Assembly (NCBI GenBank): GCA_965204725.1
Contig: OZ242005.1
Location: 2,592,001-2,656,000 of the forward strand
Source of the DNA: Candidatus Latescibacterota bacterium
Lineage (GTDB): Bacteria > Latescibacterota > UBA2968 > UBA8231
Direction of reading: 5' to 3'
Length of the DNA: 64,000 nt
Shown: in pieces, positions 37,177 through 46,494 of the stretch
Layout of the letters: each line of letters starts with the position of its first letter
How positions within the stretch are numbered: position 1 is the stretch's first letter
Position numbers and translations under genes: made by a program
The notes under the pieces: generated by a model
The model's database searches: none
Seen by the model: only the letters and a program-made list of their open reading frames with translations
Told to the model about the DNA's origin: nothing

Positions 37177-39852
37177 TTATTGCAGGCCAGCGTACACGGC
37201 GATGAAACTTTCGGTGATGGTTTCCGATTCGTCGCCCTTGGGGTTGCGCCGGTCTATCCGCATGCCCATCTGCGTGGTGAGCTTATATCCCAGATAGTCG
37301 GATACATTCGTGAACTGAGCGGCTCCGACGATGCTGTTAAAGTCGTTGAGGTCGCGCTCGAAATCGTTGACAAAGGTCAACTCCAAGCCGAACTGCAAGG
37401 TGGTGTGCTGGAGCATGGGAAAACCCAGCAGGAAACCGCCGATTTCGGCTAGTTCGGTCCGTTTTTCTTGCGAAAGCAGGTCGATGGTCTGTTGGCGGTA
37501 CTGGCTCTTCCAGCGCGGCTCAACCCAGAGTCGGCCTAGGTTGATGCGGTAGCTCACTTTGTTGATGACGCCAAAGAAAAAGTCGCGCTGGCGCAGGCCC
37601 AAGGGGGCGCGTTGGTCCTCGTCGAGGCGCTGATAATACAGGTCGTATTTGAGGAAGTTCTTGGCGACGAAGCCGCCGTGCTGGTAGTCGTGGCCCAGCC
37701 ACAGGGCGTTGACATAGGTGTCGCGAGCGATGAGGGGGTCCTCGATCTTGGTCGATTCGCCGGTGCGGATATTGGCGTTGGGCAACCACTGCTGCAGGTC
37801 GTCGGGAATGTCGTCCTCAACGGACTTGAGCATCTCAAAGAGGCGAAAGCGGCCCCAATTAGGCGTGGACGTGTCGAGGGTGAACAGCACGTAGTTGACG
37901 CGGTTTGCTTGATTCGAGGTGATGAGGTCCTCGCGCAAAACTCCGGCCATCAGCCGGACCTCTGGCGTCAGGTGCGTACCGCCATACACGTTGAACCCAC
38001 GATGGTCCTTCTTGTAGGGGTAGTCGGGTGCCTCGTCGTTTTCAAAGCGATCAATCCAAACGTTGTTGTTGAGGTCGATGCCGAAGAGGAACTCGGGGTG
38101 ATCGACATGGTGGCGCAGGAAAGGCTCTTCGTAGTCGGGCACGGAGTTGGAGAGGAAGCGATTGTCGTTCTGGTTGAAGTCGGAGATGAAGTCGTTGTTT
38201 TCGTCCCAGCCGGGATAGACTTCTTGGTCGCCGGCCCGCCAATCCTTGCGCACGGTGTCGGGATAGCGGTCTTGGTCGTCGTTGTCCTCAACGAGCTCCA
38301 CTACGTGGACGCGCTCGTCCTCGTAGTCAATGAAGCCGGAACTCAGCGTGGTGAAGGTCCTCGTGTTGTAGCGCGGATCCATGCTGTAGGCCTCGCCGAA
38401 GGCGAACCAAGGATACGTGTTGCGCGAGAGGTTGATCATCCACGCTGGGGCCGCCCGGTCGCCGCGGAGGCCCGCGGAGGTCGAGTGGCTCTTGCGCAAC
38501 ACGTTGGGGTACTGGGTATAAGAGTAGCTCAAGTCGTATTCGCCGTAGAAGTTGAAGCCAAAAACTTCCGCTAATTCGAGGGTGGCCCCCCAGATTTGGG
38601 TCGCCGTGGGCAAACCGTACTCAAAGCTGACGACCTGCAAGTTGGTGTTGTCTTGGACATTGCCCTCGGCTTGGGCGACCAGCAAGAGCACCGATACATC
38701 CGAGACATTGAGCTGGTTGTTTGAAGAGATCCAGATTTGGTAATCGTTGCCCAGTACTAGGCGGAACTCGACTTTTTTGATGGCCTCCTTAGCCCCGGAT
38801 GAACGATTGACAAACGCCGGGCTGTCAAAATCGTAGCGCAAGCGGATCTCCTCGGTGCCATCGGCCGAGAGAAAGCCTTGGCGGATAAAGCCGCCTTCGA
38901 TGATCGGCTCAAAGCGAATATCCTTGCCCCGGTCCACCGTGCCGTCGTCGTAGGTGATGATGATGTCAGAGCCTGTGGGGAAGAAAGCCGCGCCGCCGAT
39001 TTGGTCTTCGGGCGAATCGTCGCGCAACACGATCTCGATGAAGGAGATCGTCTGGTTTTGGTCGATAGTCAGTTTGCCGGTGACCGGGTTGCCCCTGAAG
39101 CCGCTGATGAGGGTGTTGGACTGGTGGGAATTGACGGCCGTCAAGCCTAGGATAGCGAAGTCGCCCACTTGCACGGTGCCGCGCCCGCCAATCAGGGAGG
39201 TGGCGTTGGTCGCGAGGTTTTCTACGTCGGGGTTGCCACCCGGCTGGCTGAGGCGCGAGTAGATGAGCGTGCCTTGGTACTTGTCGGCTGCGTAATCGAA
39301 CTGGACGCCATCCCAGCGGGGCTTGGAAAAGGTCATCGGAGTAAGCGTGGTGCGGATGTTGTCGCCGATGGTCACCGAATAGTAGTGCTGGCCCTTGGCA
39401 TCGGCCGAGACCAGCAGCCCGCTGAACCAGCGTTGGAAATTGCTGCCTTTGAGGACCGAGGAGCCAAACTGCTGGGGCTGGGCTTGGGAGTTGTTAAAAA
39501 GGAGCCAACCTCGGGTGACGAAGTTGCCGTAGAGGTCGTAGTAGGAGTCGCCCTCGTTGATGATGCTGACGTAGCGCTCGTAGTGTTGGCGCGCATAGTT
39601 GGAGTACTCCCATTGGCGCCACTGGTACTCGTTGTAGAGCTCTTGGGGCACGTACCACCGGCGCTTGGCTGGATCGAGGGCCCCGAAGAGTACCCCAGGC
39701 CCTTGCGGCTCAAAAGAAACTTGGCCGCCTCGTTGGATGGTACCCAGACGAGCACCGTATTCTTGGGCTGAGCCAAGCGGGGGGAGCAGCAGGAGACAAC
39801 ATGGGGCCAGAACAGCCAGCACAAAAGAGCGGGTGCTTTTCGTTCTTTTCAC
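37177..39852 (-). CDS. Secreted 891-aa protein, probable outer-membrane beta-barrel with Asp-rich loops
   Basis: Signal peptide; DNDDQD, DENND, DLNNN motifs; alternating beta-strand pattern ending FIAVYAGLQ. Confidence 0.65.
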   Translation of the reverse strand: MKRTKSTRSFVLAVLAPCCLLLLPPLGSAQEYGARLGTIQRGGQVSFEPQGPGVLFGALDPAKRRWYVPQELYNEYQWRQWEYSNYARQHYERYVSIINEGDSYYDLYGNFVTRGWLLFNNSQAQPQQFGSSVLKGSNFQRWFSGLLVSADAKGQHYYSVTIGDNIRTTLTPMTFSKPRWDGVQFDYAADKYQGTLIYSRLSQPGGNPDVENLATNATSLIGGRGTVQVGDFAILGLTAVNSHQSNTLISGFRGNPVTGKLTIDQNQTISFIEIVLRDDSPEDQIGGAAFFPTGSDIIITYDDGTVDRGKDIRFEPIIEGGFIRQGFLSADGTEEIRLRYDFDSPAFVNRSSGAKEAIKKVEFRLVLGNDYQIWISSNNQLNVSDVSVLLLVAQAEGNVQDNTNLQVVSFEYGLPTATQIWGATLELAEVFGFNFYGEYDLSYSYTQYPNVLRKSHSTSAGLRGDRAAPAWMINLSRNTYPWFAFGEAYSMDPRYNTRTFTTLSSGFIDYEDERVHVVELVEDNDDQDRYPDTVRKDWRAGDQEVYPGWDENNDFISDFNQNDNRFLSNSVPDYEEPFLRHHVDHPEFLFGIDLNNNVWIDRFENDEAPDYPYKKDHRGFNVYGGTHLTPEVRLMAGVLREDLITSNQANRVNYVLFTLDTSTPNWGRFRLFEMLKSVEDDIPDDLQQWLPNANIRTGESTKIEDPLIARDTYVNALWLGHDYQHGGFVAKNFLKYDLYYQRLDEDQRAPLGLRQRDFFFGVINKVSYRINLGRLWVEPRWKSQYRQQTIDLLSQEKRTELAEIGGFLLGFPMLQHTTLQFGLELTFVNDFERDLNDFNSIVGAAQFTNVSDYLGYKLTTQMGMRIDRRNPKGDESETITESFIAVYAGLQ

Positions 39853-39944
39853 GACGACCTCCTCAAGACAGTAGTACTATCACAACTACCAATACCCCAC
39901 GGCCTCAACTAAGTATGGCAAAACCGCTTGTCTGTCAAACGCTC

Positions 39945-42900
39945 CTAATAGGCGATCGAGAGCAGGCGCGCCCGCGTCGCCGAGCGGCTTCCCCGATCTA
40001 CGTCGAGGTTCACTTGGCAAAGGTAGAGTCCGGGCGGCACTTTGCGGCCGTTCAGGTTTGTTCCGTCCCAGCGCGTGCTGAAGCGACCGCTTTGCAACCG
40101 CTGGACATGCTCCCAAACTGGGCGACCCGCCAGTGTGTACACTCGCACCCGAGCCCGTCGTGGAGCGGTGAGCTTGAAGACGGAGAAGTGGATTTCGGTC
40201 GCGTCGTTTATGCCATCGCCGTTGGGGGTAAACGGATTGGGGGCGATGCGGAATTCGTCAACGGCCTTGGCGTTGAGCGGTAGGTTGATCGAAAGGGTAT
40301 TGCTGCCTATCCGCGCTGTCGCGTCGCCCGCTTCGACGCTTTGCCAAGGCGCGGCCATGTTGGCACCGCCGCCGGTGTTGCGCACGGCCAGCCCCAAGGT
40401 CGTGCCGTTGACAAAGACGGGAGCGGCAAAGCGCAGTCGCATTAGGGGGCCTGCGGCGACCACGGTTCCTCGGGCGGAGGTAGGCATGCGGTTATAAGCC
40501 GTCCTATCGAGCGAGTCGCCCACTGCATCAAAGGGGAACTGGGCCCCATCGCCGCGCAGGATACGGAAGTAGCGAATCGGCCCCTGCTGGTCGGCCTCCA
40601 ACGCTTGGTAGGCGACTTTGGAGACTTCGGACAGGATGTGCGCGCCTTGGGCGTCCACGGTGCGGCGGAAATAGCGGATATCGCCCTGTTCCTCCACCTC
40701 GAGCAGGCCATAGGCTGCATCCGTCAGCGGCAAGCCATCTGCGGTCACCGGCACTTGGTCGCCCTCAGCGGTGCGGCGGTGGTACGTGCGGGGGGCATCT
40801 ACAGGCGCGTTGAGGGATTCGGGGAGGCGCACCCAGAGCGAATCGGCACTAGGACTCAGCAGTTCGAGTTGGCTGCGGCCCCCATCGGCAAAAGCGGTAG
40901 GGTCTCCCGCGGGCGAGAAGATCCGCTCCGCTCCAACCGCGCTGTCTTGGATGCCCACTTCGAGAAGTTGCAGCGCTTGGGAGGGGGGCATGACGAGGAG
41001 GATTTCGTCAAAGCCGACGCTGCGCGAGGAGGCGGGCGACTCGATAAACTGAGACTGGACAAAGACCTCGAAGGTATCGATCCGTCCTGGCACCTTTACT
41101 TCAAGGGGCCATAGCTCGGCCACTATATTGGAGACTACCGGGTTGACGAGTTCGATGTTTATGGAGTGGATCGCCGCGGCTATATTGCGGTCTGTAGTCT
41201 CCATCTTGACTTGAATCTGCAGGAACTGGCGCAGCCCCGGCGAAGTGACGCGGTCGCCCGACTGCTGATAGGCTCGACTATAGGGACTCCAGCCGCTAGT
41301 CGGCACAAAGGAGGTATCAATCGGCCCCTTGTAACTGCGGAGCAAGCTGTCCCAAGCATCAAAAGTGAGTTCGGTGCCGGATTTGTCGAAGTATCGGATG
41401 GTTTTGCCCAGCAGATCGCCGGATCGGGTGCGAATTTCGAGGTTGGTGCCGGGTGGGACCTCGCTCTCGTAGGTGATGCGACCGAAGCTGCGAGCGGCTG
41501 GCAATTCAATCAGGTCCGAAGTCAGTACTACCTCGGCGGGGTAGCCTTGGGAAAAGATCTGGTATTCGCCAATATCAGCACCCGTATTGTAGCCACCGCG
41601 GCGGCGAGGATCCACGGAGACGATGGTCATTTCGAGAAAGCGGAGTTCGATTCCATCGTAGGTGTCGAGGAGGTGCTCGTAGAGGTCAACGCTGTTATCT
41701 TCGCGCGCTCGTGGGCTGATGCGGTGCCACTTCAAGCGGCCGGAGGAATCCCGCGAGCCATCCGAGCCGCGCATGATATAGCCGTCGATGACGCGCCGCC
41801 GCCCGGAAGCCGAAACCGCTATGGCGTCGAGGAAGAAGGAAGCACCCATATCGACGGTCAGTACGCCACGCTCGATGAGCGGCGACCAGACCAAGTGCAA
41901 GAAGTTGGTATTGTAGTCGCCGTCAAAGCCCGGGCCGGGCGCGAAATTTTCCCCTGAGAGGAAGAGACTGCCGCCGCCCTCGACGATCCCGGGGCTGATG
42001 TTGTCGCCAAAGCCCCAAACCTCAATATCGGCTAGGCGGGGCCGCTCGCGGACGAAGAATTTTTTAGCTCCTCGCCTTGCGGGTGGCAGGTTGTCGTAGA
42101 ACGTCTCCACCGGCTCTTGGAGGCGGCTCTGGTCTAAGCGTTCCTCAAAACCCTGCCGGTCTTTGACAAAATAGAGGATGTCGCCTCGGTCAGACGGGTC
42201 GAGCGCGAGCCACTGCTCTTCATTGACTTCGGCACCGCGGCCGGCGCGGGTATCCGTGACGACGATGCGGATCGTCTGTACCAGCCGCCCGCGCCAACTA
42301 GCAGAGCTCTTAGGCTGCTCCAGCGCAAAGCTGAAGTCGCGCTGGTCTCGGTTAGGTGCTTGGGTGCCGCCAATGCGGCTCAGTTCCACTTCGTCGGCGT
42401 CTTCAAGGATGGCTTCTTGGTCGGGCGCGGTTAGGACCCTGAAGCGCAGGAACGGGTCGCCAAGCGCTGCGCCTACGAAGTGCAACAAAATCTCATCGAC
42501 CGCCACGACCCGGCCCAAGTCCACTTCGATCCACCAGTCTTTGAGGGGATCGTTGCGGTCCGGTTCCCAGTAGGTGCTTGGGTCGCCATCGAGGATGTTT
42601 TTTGCTGCTTGCGGATTGGAGCCTACCCGGCTGATACCCGGCCGGGCGAAATAGGTATAGAGAGGGTTGTCTTTTCGGTCGGTAATGACGTTGCCCTTCA
42701 CGTCCACTGTGACGGTGCTGTCGATATTGAGGGTGGCGTGCTGGTTTTTCCTGCGCCTAAACTCGGTCAGCGGGCGGGTAAAGGTATCTTGGTCGTCGAG
42801 GATATTGTAGCGCTGGCGCGAGCGGTGGGGTCGAACCCCTCCTTCGGGTATCACGTCAACGGCATGGACGGGTAGCTGCCAGTTGCGCCAGTGTTCGGCG

Positions 42901-43049
42901 GTCTCGACGACGATGCGGCTATTGGTAACCCGATGTCCTTTGCTGCGCTGAGCGAGTGCTTCGCGTCCGCCAGCGAGCAGGCCTAGGCAAAAAATTAAGG
43001 CGCAGAACAGAGGCGACGACTGGACGAGCCGTTTGCTGGAATGTCCCAT
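39945..43049 (-). CDS. Large secreted protein with discoidin-like and C-terminal FlgD-Ig/CHU_C-like domains (paralogue 3)
   Basis: NILDGDPSTYW, WIEVDLG, EIRTRSG, WSPYS, PNPFTPNGDGIND, ends IAY. Confidence 0.85.
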   Translation of the reverse strand: MGHSSKRLVQSSPLFCALIFCLGLLAGGREALAQRSKGHRVTNSRIVVETAEHWRNWQLPVHAVDVIPEGGVRPHRSRQRYNILDDQDTFTRPLTEFRRRKNQHATLNIDSTVTVDVKGNVITDRKDNPLYTYFARPGISRVGSNPQAAKNILDGDPSTYWEPDRNDPLKDWWIEVDLGRVVAVDEILLHFVGAALGDPFLRFRVLTAPDQEAILEDADEVELSRIGGTQAPNRDQRDFSFALEQPKSSASWRGRLVQTIRIVVTDTRAGRGAEVNEEQWLALDPSDRGDILYFVKDRQGFEERLDQSRLQEPVETFYDNLPPARRGAKKFFVRERPRLADIEVWGFGDNISPGIVEGGGSLFLSGENFAPGPGFDGDYNTNFLHLVWSPLIERGVLTVDMGASFFLDAIAVSASGRRRVIDGYIMRGSDGSRDSSGRLKWHRISPRAREDNSVDLYEHLLDTYDGIELRFLEMTIVSVDPRRRGGYNTGADIGEYQIFSQGYPAEVVLTSDLIELPAARSFGRITYESEVPPGTNLEIRTRSGDLLGKTIRYFDKSGTELTFDAWDSLLRSYKGPIDTSFVPTSGWSPYSRAYQQSGDRVTSPGLRQFLQIQVKMETTDRNIAAAIHSINIELVNPVVSNIVAELWPLEVKVPGRIDTFEVFVQSQFIESPASSRSVGFDEILLVMPPSQALQLLEVGIQDSAVGAERIFSPAGDPTAFADGGRSQLELLSPSADSLWVRLPESLNAPVDAPRTYHRRTAEGDQVPVTADGLPLTDAAYGLLEVEEQGDIRYFRRTVDAQGAHILSEVSKVAYQALEADQQGPIRYFRILRGDGAQFPFDAVGDSLDRTAYNRMPTSARGTVVAAGPLMRLRFAAPVFVNGTTLGLAVRNTGGGANMAAPWQSVEAGDATARIGSNTLSINLPLNAKAVDEFRIAPNPFTPNGDGINDATEIHFSVFKLTAPRRARVRVYTLAGRPVWEHVQRLQSGRFSTRWDGTNLNGRKVPPGLYLCQVNLDVDRGSRSATRARLLSIAY

Positions 43050-43189
43050 AGCGACCTCCTGATTGGGCAGGCGGCGGGTCTCCACTCGACGGGCCGAGTG
43101 GCCTTGGCCCATTGAGCTTGTGTGTAGAATACCAATTTGGCAAGGCTGCGTAAATAGATCGCGTCAACATCGAGATTGAGCAGCCACCC

Positions 43190-44863
43190 TTAGCGTCGCA
43201 GGAGACTGTCGGGCACGGCTTCGCGCAGGCGCACTGAGTCGATCTGGATCTGGGCCGCGTACTGTTCTCGCAATTTCTCCAACAGGGCTTGCAGGTGCCA
43301 GTGCTCCCGCTCTCGGCGCAACAGGGCCGCGGCCCGCTTCCGAACCTGTTCGTAAGGTTCGATGGAGGCCTCCTCACGGTCGAGTACGCGAAAGAGGGAA
43401 AAGCCTCCCTCAACGGCCACGGGGCCGACGAGCTCGCCCTCGGATGCGTCCTCAATCGCCGCCATCAGTTTGGGATAGATGGCATACTCTAGCGGATGGA
43501 AGTGGAATCGATTGGCTTTCTCAACAGCGTCCGACCGCAGGCTTTCACCCGCTAGGTCGGCGAAGGGCGTGCCACTTTCTAGCTGCGCTCTCTTTTTTTC
43601 GGCCTCGTCGGCACTGGGCAGGAGTAATTCCTCAACCCACACGGCCGGCTCGTGGCTAAAAACCTCGGGATGGCTTTCGTAGTAGCGGCGCACATCCGCC
43701 TCGGCTATAGCCAGCTTCCGGGCTATGGCCTCTTTGAGACCGTCGAGCAAGACTTCCTCTTCTTTGGTCTCTTTTAGCTGATAGATCGCGGGTTTTTCGT
43801 AGTAGCCGGCTCGCCGGGCGGCCTCTTGGATGAGGAAGGGATTCAGCACGATGCGTTTGAGCGTGGCGGCGGCCTGAACGCCATCGGCGAAGCCGAAGCC
43901 GATATGCTGCTCTTGCAAAACCTTCACGGCTGCGGCCACGGTGATCTCGCCCTCGTCAAAAGTATATAGGGGAAGCGATTCTGTGGTCAGCGAAGAGAGA
44001 TCCTGTAGGCGATAGGCGGTTACCAGCGGCTGCAGGGCCTCTTCAGTTAGCCGCACTTCAAAGGCGTTCTGGAGCAACTCGAGGTGTTCCTTTGTGGCTT
44101 GGGTAGAGCGCTCCGCAAAGAGCCGCCTTTGGATGGAGTCGCGATACTTGTCGTAGGCGGCAGGACGTTCTGCGGTGAAGCGCACGATGTTCCAGAACTT
44201 GCCCGTGTACACAGGTTGCGAGATCGCGCCGAGGGGGAGGGTGCGGAAAACCTCTGGTGGGATGTGAATCCGCGGTGCCATGTCGCGCCCGATGAACCCC
44301 AACTCGCCGCCTTGGCGGGCCGAGCGCACATCGCTAGAGTGGGCCGCGGCTACTTCTGCAAAGGGTCGCCCGGCGCGCAGTTGGGCCAAAACCGAATCGG
44401 CCTCCGTCTGGCTCTCTACCAGTATGCCGCTGACTTTGCGCTCTATACCATACCCTTCGGCGTCGAAATAAGCGCGAATCTCGTCTGCGGAAATTGCGAT
44501 TGCATCCGTGATCTCGCGGGCTCGATAGAGGGCCCGAACTCGGTTGTCGATTGCGTCCTGAACCGTTGCGCGCACGGCCTGCGTGGTATCGATCCCGCGG
44601 GAACGGGCTTCCATCAGCAACAGCCGGGCGTCGATCATGGTCTGAAGATAGTATCGCCGGGCTTGGTCGGCGGTCTGTGAAGGGGGTCTGCTCCCCGACC
44701 ATTCGGCGACAAAACTCTTCAGCGCAGCGGCCGTGATGCGGTACGGCCCTACTTCCGCTACGGGCGGTTCCCGCAAGAGACCGCAGCCACTTGCCGCGCC
44801 CACGCAGGCGACCCACAGGTAGCGCAGCAGCATCGGCCCGTTTTTGGCGGGATGTCGGGGCAT
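43190..44863 (-). CDS. Parvulin-type peptidyl-prolyl isomerase (two rotamase domains), probable lipoprotein
   Basis: FAEVAAAHSSD...GGELGF; second FADLAGES...GPV domain; ASGC lipobox-like. Confidence 0.8.
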   Translation of the reverse strand: MPRHPAKNGPMLLRYLWVACVGAASGCGLLREPPVAEVGPYRITAAALKSFVAEWSGSRPPSQTADQARRYYLQTMIDARLLLMEARSRGIDTTQAVRATVQDAIDNRVRALYRAREITDAIAISADEIRAYFDAEGYGIERKVSGILVESQTEADSVLAQLRAGRPFAEVAAAHSSDVRSARQGGELGFIGRDMAPRIHIPPEVFRTLPLGAISQPVYTGKFWNIVRFTAERPAAYDKYRDSIQRRLFAERSTQATKEHLELLQNAFEVRLTEEALQPLVTAYRLQDLSSLTTESLPLYTFDEGEITVAAAVKVLQEQHIGFGFADGVQAAATLKRIVLNPFLIQEAARRAGYYEKPAIYQLKETKEEEVLLDGLKEAIARKLAIAEADVRRYYESHPEVFSHEPAVWVEELLLPSADEAEKKRAQLESGTPFADLAGESLRSDAVEKANRFHFHPLEYAIYPKLMAAIEDASEGELVGPVAVEGGFSLFRVLDREEASIEPYEQVRKRAAALLRREREHWHLQALLEKLREQYAAQIQIDSVRLREAVPDSLLRR

Positions 44864-44927
44864 AGTATCGGCACTTGGGCGAGATAGTATTTTAAGGCGG
44901 CGCAGCACAACGACGACGCATTCGGCT

Positions 44928-46487
44928 TTACTCCGCGTCCTTCCCCTTGCCGCGGTGATCTCTTTGCAAAAAGGCGTTGGCCCAAGCACTCGTGCCCTGT
45001 AAGGCCGCGTCCTTGATGACAGCCGAGTCGCCGAGCATTTGTTCCTCTTCGCCATAGGCTTTGAGGCGGTCGTACGCACGCACCCAGATACAGTCTTTGT
45101 CGCCGACTTCGCACTGGCCTTGGCGCGTACCGCCGCAGGGGCCGTTGCGCTGGTTTTTGACGCACTGGGACTCGGGGCACAAATAGGCTATGTCCGGCAG
45201 CGAGCAGTCGCCGCAGTCGCGGCAGTCAAAAGCGGCGATTTTGAGCGCGTGCTCCACGGCGTGCAGGGGCTTTTGCAGTTTCCCGCCCTCAACTTGGCGC
45301 GACAGGGCCGCTCCGAGGCGAAACAGGGCCTGGCCTCGCTCAAAGACGCGGTCGTGGATCTGGCGATTGATCCGGTACGGTAGGGAGGCTTTTTGCCGGC
45401 TGCTGGGCGTCTTTGAGTCGAGATAGGCTGGGTTGACTTGGGTGGAGGCTAGGCCGGTGTCGGGGTCTTGGGCAAAATAGAAGAATTCCCCGGGGCGCGA
45501 GTAGCAAATCTGGCGGGCAAAATCGCGCCAGTCGTCGGCCGCGTACTGGGCGGCTAGTTCCAAAATGCGGCCGTATTCCTCGGCGTTGATGTGCCCCCCC
45601 AAGTACACGCCGCGGTAGCCCAGCCCCCGGGCAATGGCGCACTGCCGGGCCGCGAATTCGAGGAAGAAGGCTTTGCCCTTGTCCGGGGATGCGGCCTGCT
45701 TCTGCGCGAGGGCGAGCAATTCGTCGGTGACTTCGACGCCGGGGATGCGGCCGGCGTGAAAAAATCGGGCCACGCCCCCAGACAAGACAAAGACATTGGC
45801 GATGACCGGAACTTGGAGGTCGTGCAGGGTTAGGTACTTGAGCAGCTCGTCCTGCTTGCGGGCGTCGTAGCCGATTTGGCTGATGATGAAGCGAGCGCCG
45901 GTGCGGATCTTTTTGGCCAGCTTGAAATACTGTGGCATGACCTCGGATTCGAGCCGCTTGTGGTTGTTGACTACGGCGCCGAGATAAAAGCGGGTGGGGT
46001 TTAAGGGGCGCGGCTTGCGGCCCGGCGCGGCCTCGGCAAAACGCCCCTCGTTCATGTCGGAGAGCAATTGCAACAAGCCGACTGAATCCACATCGAATAC
46101 GCCGCTGGCTTGGCCTTGATACCCGGCGATGGGGTAATCGCCCGACAGGGTGAGGATATTGTCGAAGCCCCCATTGGCCAGCTTCCAGGCTTGGCCCAGC
46201 AGCCCGTTGCGGTTGAAATCCTTGCAGGAGAGGTGGATGATGACCTCTTGGCCCCCCTCCTTGAGCGGCGTGCCCAGCGCGTCCGCGGCGAGCATGGGAT
46301 TGCCGCCGGGATTGTCGGTAATCGAGAGCGCGTCAATGCGCGAATCGGCCGCTAGGCAGCGGGCCATCTCCAGCACGCGCTTACCGCCGCGGTCGGCTAA
46401 GGTGCCCCGCGACGTAACCAGCTCGACGCAGGTGATAAAGCGGTCGGTCTCTTCGAGCAGGTGGCGCAGGGTGGCGGCGTTCTGCAT
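44928..46487 (-). CDS. metF: Methylenetetrahydrofolate reductase with C-terminal MetV-like Cys domain
   Basis: ITDNPGG, HLSCKDFN, LSGDY, FIISQ; CRDCGDC, CPESQC, NGPCGG, CEV, CIW. Confidence 0.85.
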   Translation of the reverse strand: MQNAATLRHLLEETDRFITCVELVTSRGTLADRGGKRVLEMARCLAADSRIDALSITDNPGGNPMLAADALGTPLKEGGQEVIIHLSCKDFNRNGLLGQAWKLANGGFDNILTLSGDYPIAGYQGQASGVFDVDSVGLLQLLSDMNEGRFAEAAPGRKPRPLNPTRFYLGAVVNNHKRLESEVMPQYFKLAKKIRTGARFIISQIGYDARKQDELLKYLTLHDLQVPVIANVFVLSGGVARFFHAGRIPGVEVTDELLALAQKQAASPDKGKAFFLEFAARQCAIARGLGYRGVYLGGHINAEEYGRILELAAQYAADDWRDFARQICYSRPGEFFYFAQDPDTGLASTQVNPAYLDSKTPSSRQKASLPYRINRQIHDRVFERGQALFRLGAALSRQVEGGKLQKPLHAVEHALKIAAFDCRDCGDCSLPDIAYLCPESQCVKNQRNGPCGGTRQGQCEVGDKDCIWVRAYDRLKAYGEEEQMLGDSAVIKDAALQGTSAWANAFLQRDHRGKGKDAE

Positions 46488-46494
46488 GGCTTGG

